NCBI GenBank assembly: GCA_963737905.1
Contig: CAVTUQ010000030.1
Location: forward strand, 32,001-96,000
Length of the DNA: 64,000 bases
From: an uncultured delta proteobacterium
Lineage (GTDB): Bacteria; Desulfobacterota; Binatia; UBA9968
Direction of reading: 5' to 3'
The notes below the pieces were generated by a model. That model searched no databases, was not told where the DNA came from, and was given only the letters and a program-made list of their open reading frames with translations. Of this stretch, positions 32,432 through 41,268 are shown in pieces. The position numbers and the translations under genes were made by a program. Every line of letters begins with the position of its first letter. Position 1 is the stretch's first letter.

Positions 32432-32752
32432 CTATTTGCCGGGGCTGGCTTCTGCATACCTCAACACCTTGCCGCCCTTCGGAGCGCGCGTTGGACCATA
32501 GGGCGTATCCTTCTCGATATAGATGCACGAGCCGGCCGTATAAGTCGTCCCGCCGATCTCGATCTCTCCCTGCAGCACGTAGAACATTTCGTGATACGGA
32601 TGGCTGTGCACCGGAATATTGGTATCCGGCCCCCAGTGGCGAATCATCATCTCCGGGCTCGCACCGTTTTTGCTGGGAACCAACCATTTCGTTTCCCCAT
32701 GACCGCTCTTCACCAACTTGACGTCTTTCTCGTTGACGGCAATAACGCCCAT
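32432..32752 (-). CDS. Cupin domain protein
   Basis: PVHSHPYHEMFYVLQGE cupin motif 1. Confidence 0.88.
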   Translation of the reverse strand: MGVIAVNEKDVKLVKSGHGETKWLVPSKNGASPEMMIRHWGPDTNIPVHSHPYHEMFYVLQGEIEIGGTTYTAGSCIYIEKDTPYGPTRAPKGGKVLRYAEASPGK

Positions 32753-32829
32753 AGAACCTCCCAGCGAGTTTTAAGATTATCTATCTTACCGCTATACTTT
32801 TCGCTACTGGTTCTCCGCAGCCATTTAAG

Positions 32830-33798
32830 TCACTTTTTTAAATCCATCCGCGGATCCCACGAGCGCAGCATGCCCAATTCGTCCAGCGCTTCTTTGAGAT
32901 ACTTAAAATTGTAATAGTCACTCACGGGCTTTTTCGGCAGGGCCCACTCGCTGGTGTAGAAATCGACCTTCCGTTGATAGGCTTCGAAGTCGAGCACCGG
33001 ACCCCACTCTTTGTGAACCTCGTCGTAGGCGAGGCTTGCCAGCTCGCGTGTGATGTAGTGGTTATGTCGCAGGATCGAGTCCAGTGTCTCTTCTTTGCTG
33101 ACCCGAGCAATGGCCGTGCCGCGTAAAATTGACCGCACCATGCCCTTGACGACGAATGGCTTTTCCGCGATGACCGCGGGCGAGGTTGAAAAGCCGGCTT
33201 CAGGAATGGCGAAGAGATCGCGGCAGGAAGTGAGCGCATGCCCGCCCATCTGCACGGCGATATTCCAGTGCGGTGGATCACAGCACACAGCGTCGACTTC
33301 ACCTTTGTCAAACAGCGCTAGACGAAAGCGTTCCGTGTTGGGTGGCTTGCCCCGGCTATCGATCCAGGTAAGGTCCTTTTCGGGATCGAGACCATAATGG
33401 CGCAACACGACCTTGGCATCCATGCTCGACCCACCCTTGAGATCCCCGGCGATTTTTTTTCCTTTAAGGTCGGGAATGTCTTTTATGTAGGGTTTCGCCA
33501 CGAAGACATGCGCCGTCCGGTTGGCGATCGACACGACGTTGACCTCGCCGTCGATGTGATCGCGGTTTTCCAGAACCGAACGAAACGGCGGCGAGCCACC
33601 GGGCGACTGGAAAATGATTGCGCCATCCTTGCGCCACTGATGGCGCGGGTGCTGGCTGTCGGGAATACCTTGGACCGGTCTTAAATCTACGTCCAACCCC
33701 TCTTCCTTGAAAAAACCCTTGTCGTGAGCGACCCACATCGGGGCTAAGTTGAGAGGGAGAGCCGGTCCAAAAACGACGATCTTTTCGTTGGAACTCAT
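32830..33798 (-). CDS. NMT1/SsuA-fold protein without signal peptide
   Basis: APMWVAHDKGFFKEEGLDV and DLKGKKI motifs; start MSSNEK after AGGAG; no hydrophobic leader. Confidence 0.85.
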   Translation of the reverse strand: MSSNEKIVVFGPALPLNLAPMWVAHDKGFFKEEGLDVDLRPVQGIPDSQHPRHQWRKDGAIIFQSPGGSPPFRSVLENRDHIDGEVNVVSIANRTAHVFVAKPYIKDIPDLKGKKIAGDLKGGSSMDAKVVLRHYGLDPEKDLTWIDSRGKPPNTERFRLALFDKGEVDAVCCDPPHWNIAVQMGGHALTSCRDLFAIPEAGFSTSPAVIAEKPFVVKGMVRSILRGTAIARVSKEETLDSILRHNHYITRELASLAYDEVHKEWGPVLDFEAYQRKVDFYTSEWALPKKPVSDYYNFKYLKEALDELGMLRSWDPRMDLKK

Positions 33799-33831
33799 CC
33801 GCGATCTCCTTTCGGCTGACTTGAATCTGCA

Positions 33832-33848
33832 GTTTGGTCTGGCCAAAC
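33832..33848. promoter_or_regulatory. FadR-type operator 1
   Basis: GTTTGGTC-T-GGCCAAAC; core TGGTCTGGCCA has one mismatch to TGGTCNGACCA; lies in the divergent promoter of a FadR-family gene. Confidence 0.75.
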
Positions 33849-33897
33849 AAACTCGGTTTTGATATATAGCAGTCAAATTCAGGCTGTCAAGGAGATT

Positions 33898-33910
33898 TTG
33901 GCCTGACCAA
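33898..33910. promoter_or_regulatory. FadR-type operator 2, overlapping the regulator start codon
   Basis: TTGGCC-T-GACCAA, the reverse-symmetric variant of operator 1. Confidence 0.7.
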
Positions 33911-34710
33911 TGATTGAATTTAATAGCCGGGTCGACAAAATTGCCAAAGATCTGCAGGAACAGATCGTCCAAGGTAAACTAAAACCGGGAGATCGGCTGG
34001 CCTCGGAACGCAACCTGTGTTTTGTGTTCGGCGTTGGGCGGACTACCGTCCGTGAGGCCCTAAAGTCGCTAGCGGTGAGTGGGTTGGTTACCCGTTCCGC
34101 CCGTGGAGCCGTAGTCGCCGACGCTGAAACGATACGTCTTCCGGGCACCGATCTCGCGGGTCTTGCCGCCCAGACCTCGATCCGACAGCTTTTCGAAGTG
34201 CGCAAGCTGATGGAGGTAAGAGTCGCGGGTTGGGCGGCTTCGCGCGCGACCGAAGAAGACATGGACGCGATGCGGCTGGCGATCGAAGCCGACATCTCTC
34301 GTAACACGGCCGCAGGTAATCCCAGTCGAATTTTCCACGACGCTTTGGCTAGAGCAGCACATAATCCCGCCCTGGTGCAGGTTTATGACTCGGGAAGACA
34401 CCTTTTCTTCCGTCTACCTTTTTACTGGAAGCTTTTCGATGATGCGGAAGTGAGGACGGCCAGGGCGGCGCGTCATGAACTCGCCCGGCGCTGGCACGAA
34501 CATATCTTAAAGGCAATCATAGAGCGCGATGCGGCGGAGGCTGAAGGAGCGATGTTTCAACACCTGGACATCATGGAGAAAGATCTGCTTAACCGGTTAC
34601 AGGTTGCCGACGGTGACGCCAAGAACCCAAAGCTCTATTCTCATCCAATGCTTACCGATCTCGAGCAAGACAAGAAACAGAAATCGGAAGGAATTCCCTC
34701 GATACGTTAA
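33910..34710 (+). CDS. GntR/FadR family transcriptional regulator (FCD domain)
   Basis: LKPGDRLASERNL...FGVGRTTVREALKSL winged HTH; FHDALARAAHNP FCD motif. Confidence 0.96.
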   Translation: MIEFNSRVDKIAKDLQEQIVQGKLKPGDRLASERNLCFVFGVGRTTVREALKSLAVSGLVTRSARGAVVADAETIRLPGTDLAGLAAQTSIRQLFEVRKLMEVRVAGWAASRATEEDMDAMRLAIEADISRNTAAGNPSRIFHDALARAAHNPALVQVYDSGRHLFFRLPFYWKLFDDAEVRTARAARHELARRWHEHILKAIIERDAAEAEGAMFQHLDIMEKDLLNRLQVADGDAKNPKLYSHPMLTDLEQDKKQKSEGIPSIR

Positions 34711-34739
34711 ACGAGGAGGCGGGCTATGGAGCATGACCG

Positions 34740-35783
34740 ATGAAACTTCTAATGGCGTGTATTGCTCTCGCTCTTCTCTCGCAAGGAACGACTCTTCCTG
34801 CCGCCGAATCCAAGCTAACGGAGCCGCTGAAATTAAGACTCGGGCTCGGCTCCGCCCCGGCTCCGGCGCTGCCCAATTCCGTGCTGTGGCTAGCCAAGGA
34901 TTTGGGGTTTTATAAGCGCGAAGGGCTTGAGGTCGAGCTTAATGAGTTCCAAGGAACTCCTCTTGTGATCGCTGCGATGATTGCGGGGAACATTGACGTA
35001 GGCAATGTTTCGACTTCTGATGTTATCAGGATGAACGCGACCAAAGGTCAGGCCATGCGCGCCATCCATTCCCCGGATGCCCGGCTCTACTTCCTCATTG
35101 CCGCCAGAGACGATATCAAGTCAGCGAGCGGACTCCAGGGCAAAACTTTCGCCGTGGCGCGTATCGGCAGCGTCGACCACACCCTTTCGATGATTGCGCT
35201 CAAAAATCTGGGCGTGAACACGGCTTCTCTAACGCCGATCGCTATCGGGACCCCATCAACCCGCGCCCAGGCGCTGGTGGCTGGGCGCGTCGATGCCACC
35301 ACCCTTTCACTGGCGACCTGGGTTACAATCCAGAAAGAACCCGGTGTCAGAGTTCTCGTCGATCACAACACCTATTACGAGACGGCCATGGTCGTGGAGA
35401 AAGTGAACGCGGTCACTACCAAAGTGATGGAAGATAAGCCCGAACATTTGCGCCGTTTCACCGCCGCGATCATGAAAGCAAGCCGCCACTTTGCCGAAAA
35501 CCAAGAGGCATGGGTGGCTGCCATGACCAAGCGTCGCCCCGACCTCGATAGCAAGGACGCGTCAAATCTTTGGGCCGGCTTCAAAACCGCATGGGCGGTA
35601 AACGGCTTGATGAACCTCGACTCCTATAAGAAAAGCGCTGACTTCTTTTATCAGACAGGAGCTTTGGAGAAAGTTCCAAAGATAGACGTCAATGAATGGG
35701 CGGAAACGCGCTTCGTCGATCAGGTGCTCAAAGAAATCGGCACGTACGCGAAATTCGACCCGACGGGTCGGTCACTTCAGTGA
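34740..35783 (+). CDS. NMT1/SsuA-type ABC substrate-binding protein
   Basis: Signal peptide, WLAKDLGFYKREGLEVE and ALVAGRVDA motifs. Confidence 0.92.
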   Translation: MKLLMACIALALLSQGTTLPAAESKLTEPLKLRLGLGSAPAPALPNSVLWLAKDLGFYKREGLEVELNEFQGTPLVIAAMIAGNIDVGNVSTSDVIRMNATKGQAMRAIHSPDARLYFLIAARDDIKSASGLQGKTFAVARIGSVDHTLSMIALKNLGVNTASLTPIAIGTPSTRAQALVAGRVDATTLSLATWVTIQKEPGVRVLVDHNTYYETAMVVEKVNAVTTKVMEDKPEHLRRFTAAIMKASRHFAENQEAWVAAMTKRRPDLDSKDASNLWAGFKTAWAVNGLMNLDSYKKSADFFYQTGALEKVPKIDVNEWAETRFVDQVLKEIGTYAKFDPTGRSLQ

Positions 35784-35828
35784 CAACGCCATGGCACACG
35801 TGATTCACAGAGGATTCGGCAACTAGGA

Positions 35829-35864
35829 AGTCTCCTTTTGTAAAGGGAGATTGAGAGGGATTTT
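35829..35864. repeat. Short palindrome with tail, REP-like or terminator-like
   Basis: TCTCCTTTT-GT-AAAGGGAGA followed by ttgagagggatttt, downstream of the SBP gene. Confidence 0.5.
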
Positions 35865-36011
35865 CATCTGCTCAACACGACTTTGACGAGACTTTGATGT
35901 TCACTTCGTTTGAGTTGACAATGAAAACCCATAATGGTACGCGCAGGATCAAAGACGGCTTTTGTCGAGAGAATCATTGATCAGCAAAATCCAGTTTAGG
36001 AGGGCAAACAT

Positions 36012-37088
36012 ATGGCGATCGGATTGTCCCACGGCGGTTCGACCATCTACTCTTCCCCATCCCCTTCACGGGAGCTTCTGGTGGGAACACGAGAAGGCAT
36101 CGTCACGATCGAGCGCGAGGCCTCTGGGTCGGAGTGGCGGGTAAAACACCGCGCTCTGACCGACAAGCACATCAGCGCGATCATCAAGGAACCGGAGAGC
36201 GGTTTGACGTTTGCCGGCGCCTTTCACGGCTCAGTGCATGCCAGTGCGGACGACGGCAAAACCTGGGAGCCCAGGGGCAACGGATTAACGGAAACCGATG
36301 TTTACTCGCTGGCAGCGCGGCGCGTGAACGGGCGCGTGCGTTTATACGTCGGCACCGAGCCGGCGCACCTGTTCACTAGCGAGGATCTCGGTCTCCACTG
36401 GAGCGAAGTGCCGTCGCTGCGTTCCGTGCCCAGCGTGCCGAAGTGGAGCTTTCCTGCTCCGCCGCACATTGGGCATGTGAAGCATATCAACTTCGATCCC
36501 GACAACCCGACGACGATGTACGCTTCCGTTGAAGTGGGCGGCCTGCTGAAAAGCACGGATGCGGGAGAGCATTGGGAAGAGTTTCCGAGTCTCTACGAGG
36601 ACGTGCACCGGTTAATGATTCATCCGAGCAATCCCAGATTCCTGTATGCAGTCACGGGGAGAGGACTGTACGTTAGTCCAGACGCCGGCGCCAGTTGGGA
36701 GCAATGGACACGAAGGGAAGATGAGATCGGCGGGTACCCAGATGGGTTTGTGTTCCGTCCGTCCGATCCGAAGCTGATTTTTATGACGGCTGCTCAGGAC
36801 GCTCCGGGGACCTGGCGCACGACTCATTTCGCGGGCGCGCGAATCTCGCGCAGCGCCGACGGCGGTCGGAGCTGGGAGATTTTGCGTGCTGGATTGCCGG
36901 ATCGATTGCAAGCCAGCATCGAAGCCTTCTCCCTCGAAGAGGCGGGAGCATCTTCTTCACTTTTCGCGGCAACGACTTCAGGGGAGGTTTTTTGCTCCGA
37001 AGATCTGGGTGAGCACTGGAACAAAATCATTAGCGGCTTACCGCCGATCTCCAAAGCAGGACACTATAGGAACTTGGTTGCGGCCTAG
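36012..37088 (+). CDS. BNR/Asp-box repeat beta-propeller protein
   Basis: Repeated SxDxGxxW Asp-boxes (SADDGKTW, SEDLGLHW, STDAGEHW, SPDAGASW, SADGGRSW). Confidence 0.9.
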   Translation: MAIGLSHGGSTIYSSPSPSRELLVGTREGIVTIEREASGSEWRVKHRALTDKHISAIIKEPESGLTFAGAFHGSVHASADDGKTWEPRGNGLTETDVYSLAARRVNGRVRLYVGTEPAHLFTSEDLGLHWSEVPSLRSVPSVPKWSFPAPPHIGHVKHINFDPDNPTTMYASVEVGGLLKSTDAGEHWEEFPSLYEDVHRLMIHPSNPRFLYAVTGRGLYVSPDAGASWEQWTRREDEIGGYPDGFVFRPSDPKLIFMTAAQDAPGTWRTTHFAGARISRSADGGRSWEILRAGLPDRLQASIEAFSLEEAGASSSLFAATTSGEVFCSEDLGEHWNKIISGLPPISKAGHYRNLVAA

Positions 37089-37096
37089 TCAACAAT

Positions 37097-37125
37097 GTAG
37101 GGGCGGGTTTGAAACCCGCCCCTAT
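37097..37125. repeat. GTAG-family REP palindrome, copy 2
   Basis: GTAGGGGCGGGTTT-G-AAACCCGCCCCTAT, nearly identical to 24807-24835. Confidence 0.88.
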
Positions 37126-37428
37126 TTCCTAGCATAAATTCTCCAATCGCTGTTTCTCGCGAACCCTTCACAATTTATTTGAAGGTGGCAGTTACTTAGA
37201 CGGGCGATCACGGATCACCGGTGATTCGTTATGATTGCGCGCACGACTTTGCTCATCACGATCGCTACAATCCAAAGGGCGATCATGATAAGGAAGAGAT
37301 CCCACTGAGTTACACGGATTCACTGGATCTCGCGGACAAGGACATTAACGGCAACTGGGATATTTACCAGGAACGCTTTCGACGAGGAGATTTTCCATGA
37401 ATGTTTTTGCACTCGGTGGAGCAAATTT

Positions 37429-38397
37429 TCAGTCGTGGTATTGCACTTTTTCTAATTGCAGCGCGAGCCCTTCGATTTGCTCCTGCCAATAGTGCTCGGT
37501 ACCGAAGGCAGGAAACGCCACTTTGAAAGCGCTGTCTTCCCAGCGGCGCGCGATCCACGCGGAAAAGTGAATCATGCGAAGCGCCCGCAACGGCTCGATG
37601 AGCTCTATTGTCGTCATGTCGAAAGTTCTGATCTGTTCGTAGGCCTCGAGCAAGATACGCCTTTGCTCTTTTCCGTAGTCGTCGTCTGCGCCCGTGAGCA
37701 TCCAGATGTCTTGAACGGGAGGCGCGTAGAGCATGTCGTCGAAATCGATGAAGTACGGATCGGCTCTATTCCACAAAATATTTCCGGAGTGGCAATCGCC
37801 GTGGAGCAGAACGTACTTGACGTCCTCGAAACGAGGAGTAATGGCGTCGCAAATTTGCGTTACGATCGTTTCGAATCGACTTGCGAGTTCCATCGGAACG
37901 AAATTTCCGTCTTTTAAGAACTTCAAAGGGTCTCGCCCATAAGTTTGAGGGTCAAGCCGTAACCGGGGCGCGGCTTTTACCGTCGCCCCGACGTTATGAA
38001 GGCGAGCCATGAACCTTCCCAAGCGCGTGAGCTGTTCCGTCGTCAGTTCCGGCTCGAGTCGCCCCGGATGCTTCGGGAAGATTGTGAACATCACTTCGCT
38101 AATTTCGAAAATACTTTGTCCCTTGTCGTCCGTGAGCGGGCAGACGACGGGAATTTCGCTTTCTTCGAGGGCCTTCAGAAGATCGTGCTCGGCCTGAATC
38201 GTGGCGCGGCTCCAGCGCCCGGGGCGGTAAAATTTGATGATGACGTGCGGGCCCTCTTCCATCTCGATGTCGTACACGCGGTTTTCCAACGCATTGAGCG
38301 CGTTGAAGCGGCCCGTGCAACGCCCGCCCAATTTCTCGGCGGCGTCGAAAATAACCTCTGGAAGAATCTGCATAAAGTTGTCTAGCATAGCCTTCAT
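37429..38397 (-). CDS. srkA: Stress-response Ser/Thr kinase SrkA (YihE/RdoA)
   Basis: LNALENRVY, KFYRPGRWS...I.AEH, LHGDCHSGN, IDFDD and WIARRWED.AF..AFP motifs. Confidence 0.93.
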   Translation of the reverse strand: MKAMLDNFMQILPEVIFDAAEKLGGRCTGRFNALNALENRVYDIEMEEGPHVIIKFYRPGRWSRATIQAEHDLLKALEESEIPVVCPLTDDKGQSIFEISEVMFTIFPKHPGRLEPELTTEQLTRLGRFMARLHNVGATVKAAPRLRLDPQTYGRDPLKFLKDGNFVPMELASRFETIVTQICDAITPRFEDVKYVLLHGDCHSGNILWNRADPYFIDFDDMLYAPPVQDIWMLTGADDDYGKEQRRILLEAYEQIRTFDMTTIELIEPLRALRMIHFSAWIARRWEDSAFKVAFPAFGTEHYWQEQIEGLALQLEKVQYHD

Positions 38398-38496
38398 CCT
38401 AGACGAGCGTACCCTCCTTGTACACTCCCGTTTAATGGTCAACAAAGGACTCCCGCCGGGTCGCCCAGCGCTATCTTGATCCGTAGGATGACTTAG

Positions 38497-38706
38497 TCAC
38501 ATTGTCACCACTCGATCCCTTAGTTTCCCTTTGGCTGCTCGTTCCACCAGCTTGTCGATTCTACTTTGGGCCTGATATCCAATCTGCTCATGCTCGCATT
38601 CCTGGCAAATTGTGCATGGGACGTTACGGATCTCAAGTCGCTCGGTGTGTATGGTTGTCCGGCCCAAATAGGTCTTCGATCCACACTGTGCGCATCTCCC
38701 AGGCAT
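38497..38706 (-). CDS. YgiT/MqsA-type zinc finger protein
   Basis: CAQCG...IRNVPCTICQECEHE; 69 aa, no HTH. Confidence 0.78.
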   Translation of the reverse strand: MPGRCAQCGSKTYLGRTTIHTERLEIRNVPCTICQECEHEQIGYQAQSRIDKLVERAAKGKLRDRVVTM

Positions 38707-38810
38707 TGCTTTATTTAACTCTTGCGACTCTTTATGATCATCCCCCAGGGCATGGGTAAAAGGCTGGGATGTTTGTTTAAGCCCAAAAGATTTTTTAACA
38801 AGGAGGAAAC

Positions 38811-39071
38811 GTGAAGCTTTCCGTAAAGTCCTTAGTCATCGCAGCAGCCCTCCTCAAGGCGCTTTGTTTTCTCTTCGTCTCCCTGTTGAATTTAATCTTG
38901 CCTCCTTATGGTGGGGCGTTTCTCGCACTGCTGTCTTCTTTGTATCTGGGCTATGATCCCACGGCGGGTCTGATTAGCTTGCTCATCGGGACCTTATACT
39001 CGCTCATCGCCGGCGCCGTTGCTGGCGGGCTCTTCGGTTGGCTTTATAATACTTTGGTTGAAAGATTCTGA
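38811..39071 (+). CDS. Small 2-TM membrane protein
   Basis: AGGAGG RBS; MKLSVK...SLYLGY...GGLFGWLYN pattern, which I recall from a widespread family sometimes annotated as holin-like. Confidence 0.75.
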   Translation: MKLSVKSLVIAAALLKALCFLFVSLLNLILPPYGGAFLALLSSLYLGYDPTAGLISLLIGTLYSLIAGAVAGGLFGWLYNTLVERF

Positions 39072-39206
39072 AGCAAGTCATGAGTCATGGGCGCCAAATC
39101 TTTACTTTGGGTGTGTCCGGATGAAATGCTGTCGTCGTCCATACTGTGGAACTAGGGAAAGTCGAATAGAGCTTGTGAGCTTAAATGACATAAGCAATCA
39201 CCATCT

Positions 39207-39413
39207 CTGTGTGTCTAAAGACGGCGGTCGAGGGGTTCGAATGACCCTCACCTCGCTCAGTTGTCCGGCCGCGCAATCATTGCCTGCAGAAGTGCAAGCT
39301 AAGACGAGGAGGTTCGCGGCGTAGCGGACGTCACGGTCGACGTCGTCTGCAACCCTCCCTGGGAACCGTCCAAGATGTCCGAAGCGGCTAAGCTCGATCT
39401 TGGCTTCATGTAA
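39207..39413 (+). pseudogene. SufT/DUF59 Fe-S assembly protein remnant (C-terminal half, frameshifted)
   Basis: VRMTLTSLSCPAAQSLPAEVQAK, then a frame change to EVRGVADVTVDVVCNPPWEPSKMSEAAKLDLGFM*; the DPE-containing N-terminus is absent. Confidence 0.8.
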
Positions 39414-39614
39414 GAGGGGAATTTCCGAAAGGGGAGAGGTATCGGACATTTAACCCTGTGCCGACATTCATTCGAGCGTTGCAGTGATCCTTTTCCTGGA
39501 TAACCAGGTCTAAATTTGGCCTGCTCGATGTTTCACCAATAGTGATGTTTTGATTTTTCCCTGATTTATGGATTCTCATTGTCGGAACAGGGTTAATTAT
39601 TTACGCGTGCGATT

Positions 39615-40145
39615 TCAGTTGCGTGACCGGTTTATCTTGTGCTTACCGGATTCGAGCACGCTGTCAATTCGTGCTTCTGCCGCGGTTTTGCTTTCATCCA
39701 TCACTTCCGAGATCTCGCATATCAGTAGCTTTCTCGCACGATACAGCGCATCCCGATCGTGCGGTGCGAGGGTCTTGGTGCCGCTCAACTGAGTCAGCGA
39801 CTCGACCATGCTAGCCAATTCGAATATGGATCCAGAGTTGAATAGTTTTAAATTGTCTACTTCGCGCTGGCGCCAGTTTTTGCCTGTTCCAAGATCTCTA
39901 GTCACTCCGGCTCGTGTCTTGAGGTGGCCTAGCAGCTTGGGAATCTCAGACCGCTTGAGCAATGCCCGCAGGTGTAAATCGCGGGACTTATCGACCGGCA
40001 CAAACAACTCGGCCCTGCTATCGTCCAATAGGGCTAATCGGTAAAAGCTCACCGACGTGCCACATACCACTTTCTCGACGATTCCACCGATAAGACAAGG
40101 TCCCCGACCCGGATAGATAACTCTATCGCCAACTGTCAACGTCAT
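39615..40145 (-). CDS. CarD/CdnL family transcription factor paralog
   Basis: LTVGDRVIYPGRGPCLI RNAP-interacting domain; NWRQR (conserved Trp), LFNSGSIFELA and ARKLLICEIS. Confidence 0.9.
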   Translation of the reverse strand: MTLTVGDRVIYPGRGPCLIGGIVEKVVCGTSVSFYRLALLDDSRAELFVPVDKSRDLHLRALLKRSEIPKLLGHLKTRAGVTRDLGTGKNWRQREVDNLKLFNSGSIFELASMVESLTQLSGTKTLAPHDRDALYRARKLLICEISEVMDESKTAAEARIDSVLESGKHKINRSRN

Positions 40146-40574
40146 TCGAATCTCCACTTCTGCTGGATCCCGGATAAAGTGAATTTTCCAGTTTGTTGAG
40201 TCCAATATTGCCAGCTTCTAAACTAGCATCCTTCGCGTCGGATTCTTCATGTCCACTGAAACGACACCTGGCAAGTGGAACTCGATCTCGTCCAGTGCTT
40301 ACGGGGTCATCGGAGAAGCGTGCCAGATACTAAGGTGAAAGCAGGAGAAGTTCGCTAGAACCTCGGTGTTACATAACTGTACCACCTCTGATTGGAATAA
40401 GATATGGCTTGGACTTTGAGGGAGATGATACAGTTCCTAAGTATTCGGGTTGGACCTGTGCAGATATTGATTCAGGGGAATCATCTGGGGGACGACCCTT
40501 CCTCACGCTGTCGTAGAGCGTTTTACCCGCGCAGTCTCTCTCCCGCCTTTGAACTTCCGTAGTCTGCGCTAAGG

Positions 40575-41258
40575 TCACTGGGATTTTTCTTGCTCCATCC
40601 ATTGAATCGCGTACCGGACAAGCTCGCTGGCATCACCTAAGGTCATTTTCTCCTTGATATGTTCACGATAGGACTCCACCGTTTTTACGCTCAGGTGCAA
40701 CTCTTCTGCAATGCGGCGCGTTCCATGACCCTGGCCGATGAGCCGAAAGACCTCCAGCTCGCGGTCACTGAGCCGATCCACGGGAAATTTGAGGTTTGCT
40801 CCTCCGGCGCCAACGAATTGCTGCAGCATCTTGTTGGCCATGCGATCGCTCAAATAGACTGCCCCGCTTAGAACCCGGCGCAATGCGACCAGCACATTCT
40901 CGGTGGCTTCTTGCTTCATAATATATCCTCTAGCGCCGGCACGCAGCGCCCGGGGAGCGTAGATGGATTCGTCATGTATGGAGAGAACCAGCACCGGCAA
41001 GCCGGGCATGCGGGTCTTCAAGTGCTTGATCAGCTCGATGCCATCGGGGCCCTTCAGCGAAATATCCGCAATGGCAATGTCAGGCTTCAAAATCTCCATT
41101 GATTTGAGCGCCGCGTAGATGTCTTCCGCCGCACCGCAAACAAACAGATCCGGCTCCCCGTTGATCAACCGGGCAAGTCCTTCGCGCACAATCGGATGGT
41201 CATCGATGACAAAGACCGTGCACTTCTTCTTGATCGGATGTTTCCGCTCGCTCGACAA
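40575..41258 (-). CDS. NarL/FixJ family response regulator
   Basis: IDDHPIVREGL, ADISL receiver, GYIMK and LSDRELEV...LSVKTVE LuxR HTH. Confidence 0.97.
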   Translation of the reverse strand: MSSERKHPIKKKCTVFVIDDHPIVREGLARLINGEPDLFVCGAAEDIYAALKSMEILKPDIAIADISLKGPDGIELIKHLKTRMPGLPVLVLSIHDESIYAPRALRAGARGYIMKQEATENVLVALRRVLSGAVYLSDRMANKMLQQFVGAGGANLKFPVDRLSDRELEVFRLIGQGHGTRRIAEELHLSVKTVESYREHIKEKMTLGDASELVRYAIQWMEQEKSQ

Positions 41259-41268
41259 AACTCCTCCG

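Noticed and set aside
38811-39071. Prophage, suggested by a holin-like small membrane protein
   Set aside because: No endolysin, structural, terminase or integrase genes in the window.
40206-40250. In-frame upstream ATG and TAG before carD (possible readthrough)
   Set aside because: The upstream peptide shows no CarD similarity and nothing supports recoding; likely chance.
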